From Armatimonadota bacterium (GTDB lineage Bacteria; Armatimonadota; HRBIN16), in contig OY781964.1 in NCBI GenBank assembly GCA_963677485.1, positions 3,232,001 through 3,296,000 of the forward strand: a DNA stretch of 64,000 bases, in the 5' to 3' direction. The notes under the pieces are model-generated. The model had not been told where the DNA came from. It made no database searches and was given only the letters and a program-made list of their open reading frames with translations. The first letter of the stretch is position 1; every line of letters starts with the position of its first letter. Below, one piece after another: positions 1 through 10,274 of this stretch. The position numbers and the translations under genes were made by a program.

Positions 1-223
1 GCACGATGTCGGCTGGGAAACCGCCTTCGGTTTGGTCGAAAACCGTGATGCTGCCCCAGTGCTCGTGTGCGCAAAAGTTGGGGATGCGGCTGATATCTAG
101 CTTGTTCATTTGTGACCCTCCAGATTTGATGTATGGGGTTGCTGCTGCGGTGGGCAAGGGGGATAATGCTGCCATCGCCGAGAGTCCGCTACTGTATATA
201 AACTGTTTGCGTGTGAGTTTCAT
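1..223 (-). CDS. Probable amidohydrolase-family protein with Tat-like signal peptide (N-terminal part; runs off window edge)
   Basis: Not in ORF track. Hand translation from ATG at 223: MKLTRKQFIYSSGLSAMAALSPLPTAAATPYIKSGGSQMNKLDISRIPNFCAHEHWGS... Has a TRKQF Tat-like motif and an HEH metal-binding motif near the mature N-terminus; starts 10 bp after the stop of the upstream kinase. Confidence 0.6.
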   Translation of the reverse strand, partial: MKLTRKQFIYSSGLSAMAALSPLPTAAATPYIKSGGSQMNKLDISRIPNFCAHEHWGSITVFDQTEGGFPADIV

Positions 224-232
224 GCTGCGTTC

Positions 233-1144
233 CTATTTGATATCACCCCGCTGCACATCGCGAAGGGCCATCAGGGCTGCTGCCTGTGCGGGTGGCATCA
301 CTACCTGATGCACATCCGCCTTCAGATAAGCACCCGCAAACGCCTTTTGGATGGGATCGATCACCCGGTGTCCGCTTTGGAACACCCCTCCGCTCAGCAC
401 CACAGGGAAGGCATCATCGGGTTGGAACAACCGACCGGCTACGTAGAGCGCGTCGGAAGCCAGACTCTCGCCGGCTTCCCGCATGATGCGCTGAGCCACC
501 TCATCGCCCGCATCGGCCAGCCTCGATACCACTGCACTGAAGCCGGCAAACTCGTGCCGCATGATGGTCTGGTGACTGAGCGCAGTCGGCATGGCCCAAA
601 GGCTCTGGATGTTGAAATATTTCAGCAGCTCCGGCAGCAGTTCGGTCATCGGGCCGCGGCCATCGTTCGCCCGTACCGCTGCCTTAAAAGCCTGCACGGC
701 GATGTCGGTGGCTCCACCCTCATCACCAAGGGTCATTCCCCATCCACCGACCCCAACATGGTTTTCCAGGCCGTTCCAGCCAAACACGCCGCTTCCGGTC
801 CCGGCGATGACGGCGATGCCCCGTGGCTCCAGATCGCCTCCAGCCGCCAAAGCGCACAGATATTCGCCCACTCCAGACAGATGCGCGTGAGGGAAATACT
901 GCGACAACAGCTCATCAAACTCATGCCCCACCATCACGGTGTATACGCATGATACCTCATCCATATGATGGAACAGATGGTTGATTTCAAGCAGAACCTG
1001 TGATAGGTTCCGGTGGCATTGCTCTTTGGGTATGAAGCAGGCATTCATGCCGCCGCCCCGGGTTTGAGCCACCACCTGACCCGCGTTGTCGACCACGACC
1101 AACTCTGTCTTTGTCCCGCCGCCATCGATACCCACGGTATACAT
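233..1144 (-). CDS. BadF/BadG/BcrA/BcrD-type ATPase (N-acetylglucosamine/N-acetylmuramic acid kinase family)
   Basis: GIDGGGTKT phosphate-1 motif, IAGTGS, GGWGMTLGDEGG, LSGGVF. Start trimmed to MYTVGIDGGG (ATG 1144, AGGTG upstream). Confidence 0.9.
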   Translation of the reverse strand: MYTVGIDGGGTKTELVVVDNAGQVVAQTRGGGMNACFIPKEQCHRNLSQVLLEINHLFHHMDEVSCVYTVMVGHEFDELLSQYFPHAHLSGVGEYLCALAAGGDLEPRGIAVIAGTGSGVFGWNGLENHVGVGGWGMTLGDEGGATDIAVQAFKAAVRANDGRGPMTELLPELLKYFNIQSLWAMPTALSHQTIMRHEFAGFSAVVSRLADAGDEVAQRIMREAGESLASDALYVAGRLFQPDDAFPVVLSGGVFQSGHRVIDPIQKAFAGAYLKADVHQVVMPPAQAAALMALRDVQRGDIK

Positions 1145-1472
1145 ATTCTTAAAACACCTGCCTGACATGTTGGTTACTGAAACTGGTTTAGAATGGCACG
1201 TCGCGCCGTATTGTTGGCTTTTGGTTTCGGTGACCATGTTAGGTGTAGCGTAGTGGAGCGCAGATGTCAAGCCCAGCTCTTCACGGGCGCGCCCATCGTG
1301 CCTCCACTATGTGAAAAACCCGCACTGCTGTAAAAACTAGTAGAAATGACAGAAAAATGATGTTTAAAAAGCGTACTGATTCTGGATAGTAGAAAGTATG
1401 ATTTATACAAGTCAGAAGGCATAAGCTTTTTGCGCTTGTACCACCAATATCTACACAGGAGTGAGATCATCA

Positions 1473-2183
1473 ATGCGACATTGGATACTGTTTTTGCTGT
1501 TTGTTCCCTACGTAATATCCTCCACCACACACGCCGCCGATTTTGAGAGTACCTGGCGTGTTGAGTTTCAAAACGTGACCGACCCATCAGCGAGCTTCGA
1601 TGCCGGCACCAACACTTACAGCATTGGATCAGGGCAACAATTCCGAGCCAATGTGTTTGTGAATTCTACCCAAGCCTTCGATGGACTAAACCTGACCTTT
1701 GGCTGGGGTAGTGCTGAGAGTAAGGGCGAAGAGGCTACCAATCTCGATAACTCCTTCACCATGAACAGCGTGAGCATAGATGACGGCAAGCTGTTTGACA
1801 CTGACGGAATACCTGCGACACTAGGCGGTTTCAAGCAGATCGGTGATGTAGACACAGGACTACGTCCATACGGCTACTACTTGACACTGTTAAAATTGGA
1901 TGGGACGATCGCCGCAGATACGGACGTCAAGATTGCCTCGTTCTTGTTTACGAACAATCTGGCTCATGGGGGCAGCGGTTCGCTAGTGTTATGGGATGCA
2001 GGCTCGGGCACAAGCTGGACCAGTCAGTTGCTAGATCATTCCTTGAACGGCAGCCGTCCGAAGGGTGGCTCTCAGAGCTACAATATCAACTCTGTACCGG
2101 AACCGGGCAGCCTCATAGCGATGGGTTGTGCCGGGATGGGCGTGCTGTTTAGTATGCGTAGGCAGCGTCGGAAGGGGGCGTGA
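1473..2183 (+). CDS. PEP-CTERM sorting-domain surface protein (possible cohesin-like beta-sandwich)
   Basis: Signal peptide ending THA-A; C-terminus VPEPGSLIAMGCAGMGVLFSMRRQRRKGA = VPEP + hydrophobic helix + basic tail. Confidence 0.9.
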   Translation: MRHWILFLLFVPYVISSTTHAADFESTWRVEFQNVTDPSASFDAGTNTYSIGSGQQFRANVFVNSTQAFDGLNLTFGWGSAESKGEEATNLDNSFTMNSVSIDDGKLFDTDGIPATLGGFKQIGDVDTGLRPYGYYLTLLKLDGTIAADTDVKIASFLFTNNLAHGGSGSLVLWDAGSGTSWTSQLLDHSLNGSRPKGGSQSYNINSVPEPGSLIAMGCAGMGVLFSMRRQRRKGA

Positions 2184-2208
2184 TGACGTAAAAATCATAA
2201 ATATACAT

Positions 2209-3008
2209 GTGCCGGTGGTGTGTATCGTAACTGCTCATCCACATTGCCGCGGGTTTAGTCACCTCATGGGACTGCGTCCCTGAATGGGGTTCCCTCACCG
2301 CGCGTCTAGGTATTTGCAACCCGTAAGTGGGCGCAGGGTGCCTTCCGCCAGCGCCCGCAGGAGCGAAGCGACGCGGGCAGCCATCTGATCAGCGACGGGT
2401 GATGGAGCCCCTTGGGGCGATGGAACCCGTCGACGCGGGGTATGTCAACCTGGGTCGCAGGAGAAGGGCGAATTGCGAATCGCGCTGGGCCACCGAACCC
2501 GTCGCCAAGTGCCGGCAGCGTGTATCGTAACTGATCAGCCACGTTGCCGCGGGTTTAGTCACCCCATAAATGGGGTTCCCTCACCGCGCGTCTAGGTATA
2601 TGCAGCCCGCAAGCGGGCGCAGGGTGCCCTCAGCGAGCGCCCGCAGGAGCAAAGCGACGCGGGCAGTCATTTGATCAGCGACGGGTGATGGAGCCCCCTG
2701 GGGCGATGGAATCCGTCGACACGGGCATGCCAACCTGGGTCGCAGGTTACCAGCCGCATAGCCGCGGGTTTGGTTACCCCACGGGACTGCGTCCCTGAAT
2801 GGGGTTCCCTCACCGCGCGTTTAGGTAGTCGCAGCCCGCAATCGGGCGCATGAAGCTGTCCGCCCGCGCACGCAGGAGCGAAGCGACGCGGGGAGCCATT
2901 TGATCAGCGACGGGTGATGGAGCCCCCTGGGGCGATAGAACCCGTCGACAGGGGCATGCCAACCTGGGTCGCAGGTTACCAGCCACGTTGCCGCGGGTTT
3001 AGTTACCC
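2209..3008. repeat. Tandem array of three 230-300 bp GC-rich palindromic units (REP/BIME-like family A)
   Basis: Blocks gccgcgggttt(a/g)gt(c/t)acc, aatggggttccctcaccgcgcgt, cgcaggagc(g/a)aagcgacgcggg, tgatcagcgacgggtgatggagcccc and caacctgggtcgcagg recur in units starting about 2209, 2509 and 2751. Confidence 0.9.
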
Positions 3009-3956
3009 TATCTGGCGCACAAAACATCTCTCTACCAGCGACAGCACGTCGGCCATCCCAGGCATCTGTTGCGCGGGGGTGCAGGCTCTGGCTGCGGCCG
3101 CTGCACAGGCCCACTGCAGTTTTTCGGGTGCGGACATCCCCATGCTGTGTGCCATCAAGAAGCCTGCCAGCGCACTGTCACCACAGCCTACGCTGCTATG
3201 AAGCTCGATAGGAATAGAAGGACAATGCCAGCAACCACTGGCACAGGCTAGTACCATGCCGGCGGCACCCATCGTGGCCATCACATATTCAGTCTGCTCG
3301 TTGACGAGTTGAGATGCTAGATCGGCGGCATCGTCAGGGGTGCGTGGTGTATGCCCGGTAAGCTGTGTCAGCTCATCAAGATTTGGCTTCAACATCCAGG
3401 GCTTGGCGGCAGCGCCTTCACGCAGCATCTCTCCGCTAGCGTCCAGCACCACACGGATAGGGGTGTTCTGCAGGGCAGTGATGACCTGTGCGTAATAGCT
3501 GTCTGGGATGCCACGGCAGGCACTTCCGCTCAGCACGATGGTCTTGTAGCGGATGCACAGCTCGGTGAGTTTCTGCTTGAGCTGGTCTATCTGTTCTGCG
3601 CTGACCTCAGGGCCAAGCTCATTAAGCTCCGTCAGCGAGCCCGTGGCGGGGTCGCTGATCTTCAGACAGAGCCGGGTTTCGCCATGGTCCAGCCACACGG
3701 CATCGTATTCCACGCCTTGCTGCAGTGCACGATCCGCTACATACCGGCCGTTATCGCCCGCCAGAAATCCTGTGGCTTTGCTGCGTCCGCCCATGGCGAC
3801 CAACAACAGCGACACGTTAAGGCCTTTTCCACCGGCTCGCACACTGAAGTCTGCGCAGCGGTGCAGCTCACCCGGTTGGAAATTGGGCACGATATATGTT
3901 CTATCAATGGATGGGTTTAATGTGACAGTCAAAACTCGGATGGGTGTGAAGCTCAT
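3003..3956 (-). CDS. pfkB: 1-phosphofructokinase-family (PfkB/ribokinase) hexose kinase
   Basis: TVTLNPSID, AGGKGLNVS, KPNLDEL, SSVGCGDS motifs; start trimmed to MSFTPIRV. Confidence 0.9.
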   Translation of the reverse strand: MSFTPIRVLTVTLNPSIDRTYIVPNFQPGELHRCADFSVRAGGKGLNVSLLLVAMGGRSKATGFLAGDNGRYVADRALQQGVEYDAVWLDHGETRLCLKISDPATGSLTELNELGPEVSAEQIDQLKQKLTELCIRYKTIVLSGSACRGIPDSYYAQVITALQNTPIRVVLDASGEMLREGAAAKPWMLKPNLDELTQLTGHTPRTPDDAADLASQLVNEQTEYVMATMGAAGMVLACASGCWHCPSIPIELHSSVGCGDSALAGFLMAHSMGMSAPEKLQWACAAAAARACTPAQQMPGMADVLSLVERCFVRQIG

Positions 3957-4078
3957 GAAACACCTCGATTTACGCTTTACCGGTGTCTTCATTTTACCGC
4001 GAACAATATTGTACTTGTGCAAAATGGTGAAACCTTGAGAGCTGCCAGTCGTCTCAACCTAATGGAGGACCACGCTAA

Positions 4079-4732
4079 ATGAGACGACTTTTTGCTATTA
4101 TCTTGGCTACAATCGCTGCCAGTACGGCGATGGCTCAGATTACCCCATCACCGGATATGATCAACCGCATCAGCCTGCAGACACTGTCTGATCCTGCGAT
4201 TCAAAGAGAGATTAAGTTCACAGATCAGCAGAAGCTGAGCCTTACTCGGCTTCAAAAGGTTTTCCAGGATGAGATGGTAGAACGTAATCGTGAAGCCGTT
4301 GACCTTTCCTTTCAGGAACGTCTGGCCATGATTAACGAGCTGACTTATTACATGGATATCGAAGTGCGGAAGATACTGACCAAAACGCAGATCACGCGAC
4401 TAAGCCAGATACGGATGCAGGCTCAGGGGCCATTCGCGCTGGGTATCACGGAAGTCCAGGTCTCCCTACAGCTCACTAAGGAGCAGCGAGAACAAGTTAA
4501 CGGCTTGATCTCTGCATACACCATAGAGCAAGAGGAACTATTCAAAAAGGTTCAGGCTGGCGAAGCCAAAGTCATGACGAGTGAAGAGCGTACCACACGG
4601 CGGGCTAAGCTTGATAATGATCTGCTGTCTGTGTTAACCCCTGCACAGGTCACGGCTTACACAAAACTTCAAGGAACTCCATACATTGATGGGACGAAAA
4701 AACCAGCGCCTGTCAATAAGCCCAAATCGTAA
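4079..4732 (+). CDS. Secreted helical-repeat protein (Spy/CpxP-like LTxxQ motifs)
   Basis: Signal peptide ending AMA-Q; repeated FTDQQ, LTKTQ, LTKEQ, LTPAQ motifs. Confidence 0.7.
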   Translation: MRRLFAIILATIAASTAMAQITPSPDMINRISLQTLSDPAIQREIKFTDQQKLSLTRLQKVFQDEMVERNREAVDLSFQERLAMINELTYYMDIEVRKILTKTQITRLSQIRMQAQGPFALGITEVQVSLQLTKEQREQVNGLISAYTIEQEELFKKVQAGEAKVMTSEERTTRRAKLDNDLLSVLTPAQVTAYTKLQGTPYIDGTKKPAPVNKPKS

Positions 4733-4749
4733 TTATCCTCCCAGAGTTA

Positions 4750-4773
4750 ACCGGCGCAGGCAACTGCGCCGGT
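4750..4773. terminator. GC-rich hairpin, possible terminator
   Basis: accggcgcag-gcaa-ctgcgccggt just after the 4732 stop; no U-tract. Confidence 0.4.
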
Positions 4774-4858
4774 GGCAATATCGCCTCACAAAAACACATT
4801 CAGTATCCTTACTCTAGCGATGACGCACATACGCTACTATGACATATCGAGGTATGGT

Positions 4859-7318
4859 ATGAATCGAAATCTTGGAATCGCCGTCGCGAGCATTATGATG
4901 ACCGGTCTTTGCGGTGTTACACAGTCGGCACCGGCACCTTCCACAACCGTGGACAGTTACGAGACGATAGCTAAGATGGGTCAGGGATTTATCATTTGGG
5001 AGTCCAACCGATCAGGTTCATGGAGACTTTGGCGAATCGGCCTTGATGGAAAGGGCTTGAAGCAGATCAGCCCCGATGAATCAGCACGCGATCACTACTG
5101 CCCCCACATATCACCCAATGGCCGCAAGGTCGTCTACCTAAGCTACCCTAAAGGTCAAGATGGATACCATGCATATAATGTGAACAAACCGGCACCCATG
5201 CACATCATGAATACCGATGGTACAGGCGACCGCGTGATTTTGCCCAGCGCGCGTGCCTATAGTGAGGACCGTGCGGTGGTGTGGGTGGATGACGATACGT
5301 TTCACTACATCAATGGAGATGGCATCAGCAGCGAATATCATCTGTCGACTGGCCGTAGCGTGCCACTGTCTAAGCAGAGCATTGAGGGCGGTGGATGGCT
5401 GATCAATGCGCAAAGAAACTTTGCTGTGCCAGGCTCACCGGTATTCAGTCGGTATGATCCTACCACCCAGACCATCAAAGTGGGGAAAGAGTTCGATGGC
5501 TGTCAGCCATATTTCAGTGCTGATGGTAAGTGGGGCTTCTGGATGGGTGGCGCAGGCGGTCCTATTAACCGCTATGATCTGGCTACCGGGAATGTGTCGA
5601 AAGTGTTGTCAAATAATGACCCTCGTATGCCAAAAGAGCGAAACTACCTATACTTTCCTATGCTGTCTCGAAACGGACGTTTACTGGCGTTCGGGGCATC
5701 ACCTGGCCAGCATGATCACTTCACTGCTGACTATGATATCTTTGTAGCACGCACCGATCCGGCTACATTTGAAGTGATCGGCACACCGGTTCGGTATAGC
5801 TTCGATCCTGCCTGTGACCGCTTTCCGGATGTCTATGTGTCCGACCTGGATCTAGGTAGCCATCAGGGAGAGGCGCCCTATACGATGCAGCTCAAAGCTC
5901 CGGCAGGCGTGACCATAGCCAACTGGAGTTTTGGCGATGGTTCTAAAGGAACTGGCACTGTGGTGAAGCACACCTACACCAAAGCTGGCAATTATTCACT
6001 AGAGATATACGGCAAAGATCGCAGCTATTTCGGTGAGGTCAGCGTGGCGCCAGCCTCTGCACCCACAGTAACAGCCGTGGCTTTGCGTGGCAGTAACAAG
6101 GTGAGTGTGAGCTTTTCGGAGCCTGTGGTGACCGCCAAAGCGAAGTTCATTCTAGACGGTAAACAAGCCAAAACTGTGGTTCCAGACCGTGACGGCATGG
6201 GTGTGGAACTGAGTTTTGCTGCAAACATCACCAAGGTGGCCACACTGCGAATGGAGGGCGTCCGTGACCGGGCTCAGGTGCCCAATGTCATGACGGCTCA
6301 GCAGCTTGTGGTGCAGCCTCACCAATGGCCTATAGACCCCAAGTCTGTAGTGTTGATCTGGGATGACGTGAAGAAAGGGTGTATCGCGGCAGGCGATGTC
6401 GGCTGCCAAACGCAGGCGGTGGGACGTGCTTTCCCTGACCGTAATAATGCGATGCAGACCTCAGGCGGGCACTTCAACATCACGGGTGCAGATGATATTC
6501 TGCTCAAAGCACTGAAGCAAAGCGGTAAAATGACAGTAGAGGCCGTGCTGACGACGCCTGATGCCAACCAGTCGGGGCCGGCCAGAATCATCTCGTTCTC
6601 CTCCGATGCTTCCTCCCGCAACTTCACCATCGGGCAGCAGGGTAACCTGCTGGTGCTTAGGCTGCGCACACCCGAAACCGGTGAGAACGGCACTGATCCC
6701 GAGATCGAATTGGCGGCGATACAGCCTAACCGCCCCACACATATCATGTTGTGCTACTCTCCCGGTTCACTGCAGTTCTATGTGGATGGTAAGTTGAGCC
6801 TGAACAGCAACCTTGTGCAGGGTGACTTCAGCAACTGGAGCGCCCACCACCTGATCCTGGGTGATGAATGGGTTGGCAACCGCGTCTGGAAGGGTACCAT
6901 CAGCGGACTGGCCATATATAACCAAAAATACGGAGCCAGCCAGGCAGCACGCAGCTACGAGAGTTACCGTGCTCTGCACCCAGTCAAGCCAGCGAACACT
7001 GTTAAACTAACCGCAAAACTGCTGAGCAGCTCCAAAACACCTACGCTGTCCGAGATTGTCCCATACCGCGAGGGACTCGTGACCAGCCTGTACGAGGTGC
7101 TGTCGGTACAGCAGGGTCAATGCGAGGCGAAACAGATTGTGGTGGTGCAGTGGGCAATTGTGGGCGGCCAGGAACTGAACAATATGCCAGCGGTCAACTC
7201 GCAGCAGACGCTGGTCTTGGAGCCGTATGCAGAAAACCCGCAGCTAGAAGGCCTCTACATGTCTGACACCATCAATGCGGATCCAACGATCCCGTTGTTC
7301 TTTGCACCTTCATTATAG
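4859..7318 (+). CDS. Secreted TolB-like beta-propeller / PKD / Ig-like / LamG (ConA-like) multidomain protein, paralogue 1
   Basis: Start trimmed to MNRNLGIAV (GAGGT upstream). WESNRSGSWRLW and PHISPNGRKVVY (TolB/PD40-like), WSFGDG...HTYTKAGNY (PKD), ARIISFS...FYVDG...LILGDE (LamG). Confidence 0.85.
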   Translation: MNRNLGIAVASIMMTGLCGVTQSAPAPSTTVDSYETIAKMGQGFIIWESNRSGSWRLWRIGLDGKGLKQISPDESARDHYCPHISPNGRKVVYLSYPKGQDGYHAYNVNKPAPMHIMNTDGTGDRVILPSARAYSEDRAVVWVDDDTFHYINGDGISSEYHLSTGRSVPLSKQSIEGGGWLINAQRNFAVPGSPVFSRYDPTTQTIKVGKEFDGCQPYFSADGKWGFWMGGAGGPINRYDLATGNVSKVLSNNDPRMPKERNYLYFPMLSRNGRLLAFGASPGQHDHFTADYDIFVARTDPATFEVIGTPVRYSFDPACDRFPDVYVSDLDLGSHQGEAPYTMQLKAPAGVTIANWSFGDGSKGTGTVVKHTYTKAGNYSLEIYGKDRSYFGEVSVAPASAPTVTAVALRGSNKVSVSFSEPVVTAKAKFILDGKQAKTVVPDRDGMGVELSFAANITKVATLRMEGVRDRAQVPNVMTAQQLVVQPHQWPIDPKSVVLIWDDVKKGCIAAGDVGCQTQAVGRAFPDRNNAMQTSGGHFNITGADDILLKALKQSGKMTVEAVLTTPDANQSGPARIISFSSDASSRNFTIGQQGNLLVLRLRTPETGENGTDPEIELAAIQPNRPTHIMLCYSPGSLQFYVDGKLSLNSNLVQGDFSNWSAHHLILGDEWVGNRVWKGTISGLAIYNQKYGASQAARSYESYRALHPVKPANTVKLTAKLLSSSKTPTLSEIVPYREGLVTSLYEVLSVQQGQCEAKQIVVVQWAIVGGQELNNMPAVNSQQTLVLEPYAENPQLEGLYMSDTINADPTIPLFFAPSL

Positions 7319-7367
7319 GCCGAAATAGGGTATGGTTAATAAGTAATACCGCGCTATCCGAGTCGGA

Positions 7368-7748
7368 CACTGCCCCCGCCACCAGGTGAGGGGCAGTGGT
7401 GTTCCAAAAATCAAACAATGGGTATATGGCCTCCGATTCCGCGACATAGATGTCTCGGCTATTGATCAACAAGCAACCGTCGGTGCTGGCACGGCAGCCT
7501 ATACCGTAACGGATACGGTCGTAGGGGCGTCCCTTGTGGGTGCCCTAAACACGAATTATCGAATGAACAACGATTAGGGCGCCCACAAGGGACGCGCCTG
7601 CGGCCAGCTACAGGGCTTCGCCCTGTAAGTGTGCTGCTGATGCAGACGGCTTTTAGCCGGCTTTTCGGATAATAAGCCGTGTCCTTCAGGGCGCGGCGGT
7701 GAGCATTTGATTTGTGGGTAATAAGCTGTCCGTCAGGTGAGGGGCAGT
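7368..7748. repeat. Mosaic of unrelated palindromes bracketed by a 15-bp direct repeat
   Basis: caggtgaggggcagt at 7383-7397 and 7734-7748. Inside: inverted pair gtaggggcgtcccttgtgggtgcccta / tagggcgcccacaagggacgcgcctgc, hairpin tacagggcttcgccctgta, and gattccgcgacatagatgtc (also near 42556). Confidence 0.65.
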
Positions 7749-7817
7749 AGTTTATCAATATGCAACTAGTCAGCAATCCGCATACATTGATATCGCGATA
7801 AGACCCCGGAGGTATGA

Positions 7818-10274
7818 ATGAACCGTATCCAAACGATCCTGGCTGTTAGCCTGATTTTCACGGGGCTGAGCCCGGTGGCCTTTTCGCAATCACCGCAGAC
7901 CGCAAACGCAGACAACTATGCAGCGATCACTAAGCTGGGTAGGGGATTCATTATCTGGGAATCCAACCGAACAGGCGCCTGGCGTTTATGGCGCATCGGG
8001 CTAGATGGTCAGGAACTCAAGCAGATCAGCCCGGATGAACCGGGCCGCGACCATTTCTGCCCTCATATATCTCCAAACGGACGCCGGGTAGTCTACCTCA
8101 GCTATCCTAAGGGCATCAGCGGGTATCATGAACATCAAGCCGACCAACCGGCGGCAATGCATTTGATGAACGTGGACGGCACTGGCGACCGCGTGATCCT
8201 GCCCAGTGCTCGCGCCTATTGCGAAGACCGTGCGGTGGTCTGGGTGGATGATGACAGGTTTCACTACATCGACGGCCAGGGAATCAGCCGCGAATACAGC
8301 ATTTCTAGCCAGCGAAACCATCCCCTCACAAAACAGATGAAGGTGGGATATGGATGGCTGGTCAACGCCACCAGCACTTACGCTATCACGGGAGACCCCG
8401 CTTTTTGCCCGTATAACCCGGTGACTCAGAAGATATCCGTGGCGAAAGAGCAGTATGGTTGTCAGCCGTATTTCACCGCCGACGGCAAGTGGGGGTTCTG
8501 GATGGGCGGCAACGGCGGGCCTGTTGATAAGATCAACCTGGCCACTGGGAAGGTCTCACGCATCTTCAGATCTCGTGATAATTGCATGCCGAAAGAACGC
8601 AACTATATCTATTTCCCGATGATCAGCCGCAACAACAGGCTGATCGCCTTTGCCGCTTCGCCACGACATCACGATCACTTCAAATCGGACTATGATATCT
8701 TCGTGGCGCGCATGGACCCCGCCACGCTGGAGGTGGTGGGCACCCCGGTGCGCTACAGCTTCGATCCCGGCTGCGACCGGTACCCGGATGTTTACGTCTC
8801 TGACCTGCAGTTGGGCAGTCACCAGGGCGAGGCCCCGTATACGGTGCAGTTCAAAGCGCCGGCAGATGCTAGCACCGCCAACTGGAGATTTGGTGATGGC
8901 GGCACGGGCAAGGGGGCGGTGGTCGAGCATACCTACCGTAAGGCGGGTTCATACACGGTGGAGGTATCGGGTGCAGACCGGAGTTACACCGGTGAGGTCA
9001 ACGTGCAGGCAGCCACCATCCCTTCTGTTGTTTCGACATCATTACGAGGTGACCGAAGCGTGGTAGTCACATATGACGAACCGGTGGCGATTACCGGAGC
9101 GGTTTTTACGCTCAATGACAAGTTAACAGCGAAAGAAGTGGTGCTCTCCAGCGATGGTCTGAGTGTGATCCTCAGATTTGACCAGTCGTTGCCGATCGAC
9201 GCCGAACTGCGCATCGAAGGGGTAACCGATCGTGCGCAGGTGCCCAACATCATGCCTACCCGGCAAATTACCATACCACCACATATCTGGCCTTTGGACC
9301 CTGCCTCTGCGGTACTGGTTTGGGATAACGCCAAGTCAGGCTGCACCACGGCTGACAACGCACCTTGCGAGGTGAAAGCCGTGGGAAAAGTGTTTGCAGA
9401 CCACAACTATGCGATGCAGACATCGGGAGGTTACTATCAGGTTTTGGGAGCCGACGAGGCGATCCTCAAGGGCTGTCAGTCGACCAATCAGCTTGCGGTT
9501 GAAGCGGTGATCACGACCCACAGCATCGACCAGACCGGTCTTGCCCGGACTATCAGCTTCTCCTCAGGGACATCGTCACGCAACTTCACCATCGGGCAGA
9601 AACTCAACCGGCTGATACTCAGTCTGCGCAGCTCGGATACCGGGTTGAACGGCACGGAACTGGAGCTGGCGGACATGCTGCCGAATCGCCCCATGCGCGT
9701 GATGCTGTGCTATGCTCCGGGATCACTGCAGTGCTATGTCGATGGTAAGTTGAAACTCAACACGACGGCGATCAAAGGCGACTTCCGCAACTGGAGTGCT
9801 CAGAACTTGCTTCTAGGAAGTGAGTCTGGCGGTAGTCTTCCGTGGCAGGGCACCGTGAACGGGGTGGCAATCTATAATCGAAGTTTTAAGGCAAACGAAG
9901 CGGCACAGAGTTATGATAGCTATCTGGCATTACATCCCAGCAAGGACGTTGGTGTGGTGAGGTTGAAAGCCAGACTTCTCAGCAGCTCCAAAATGCCCAC
10001 TTTGAAAGAGATACTGCCGTATAGGGATGCCTTGGTTACCAGTCTGTATGAAGTGCTGTCCGTGCAGCAGGGCCAGTGTGAGGCGAAGAGGATACTGGTG
10101 GTGCAATGGGCGATTGCGGGCGGTGAGGAGCTGGGTAAGCTGCCTGAAGTGAACTCGCAGCAGACGCTGGTTCTGGAGCCATACGCCGACAACCCACAGT
10201 TGGAGGGCATTTATATGTCCGACACGCTGGACGCCGCCCCCGAGATCCCGCTGTACTTCTCACCGAGATTGTAG
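7818..10274 (+). CDS. Secreted TolB-like / PKD / Ig-like / LamG multidomain protein, paralogue 2
   Basis: Colinear with 4859..7318 over its whole length (GFIIWESNR, GTPVRYSFDP, YEVLSVQQGQCEAK shared); GGAGG RBS. Confidence 0.88.
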   Translation: MNRIQTILAVSLIFTGLSPVAFSQSPQTANADNYAAITKLGRGFIIWESNRTGAWRLWRIGLDGQELKQISPDEPGRDHFCPHISPNGRRVVYLSYPKGISGYHEHQADQPAAMHLMNVDGTGDRVILPSARAYCEDRAVVWVDDDRFHYIDGQGISREYSISSQRNHPLTKQMKVGYGWLVNATSTYAITGDPAFCPYNPVTQKISVAKEQYGCQPYFTADGKWGFWMGGNGGPVDKINLATGKVSRIFRSRDNCMPKERNYIYFPMISRNNRLIAFAASPRHHDHFKSDYDIFVARMDPATLEVVGTPVRYSFDPGCDRYPDVYVSDLQLGSHQGEAPYTVQFKAPADASTANWRFGDGGTGKGAVVEHTYRKAGSYTVEVSGADRSYTGEVNVQAATIPSVVSTSLRGDRSVVVTYDEPVAITGAVFTLNDKLTAKEVVLSSDGLSVILRFDQSLPIDAELRIEGVTDRAQVPNIMPTRQITIPPHIWPLDPASAVLVWDNAKSGCTTADNAPCEVKAVGKVFADHNYAMQTSGGYYQVLGADEAILKGCQSTNQLAVEAVITTHSIDQTGLARTISFSSGTSSRNFTIGQKLNRLILSLRSSDTGLNGTELELADMLPNRPMRVMLCYAPGSLQCYVDGKLKLNTTAIKGDFRNWSAQNLLLGSESGGSLPWQGTVNGVAIYNRSFKANEAAQSYDSYLALHPSKDVGVVRLKARLLSSSKMPTLKEILPYRDALVTSLYEVLSVQQGQCEAKRILVVQWAIAGGEELGKLPEVNSQQTLVLEPYADNPQLEGIYMSDTLDAAPEIPLYFSPRL

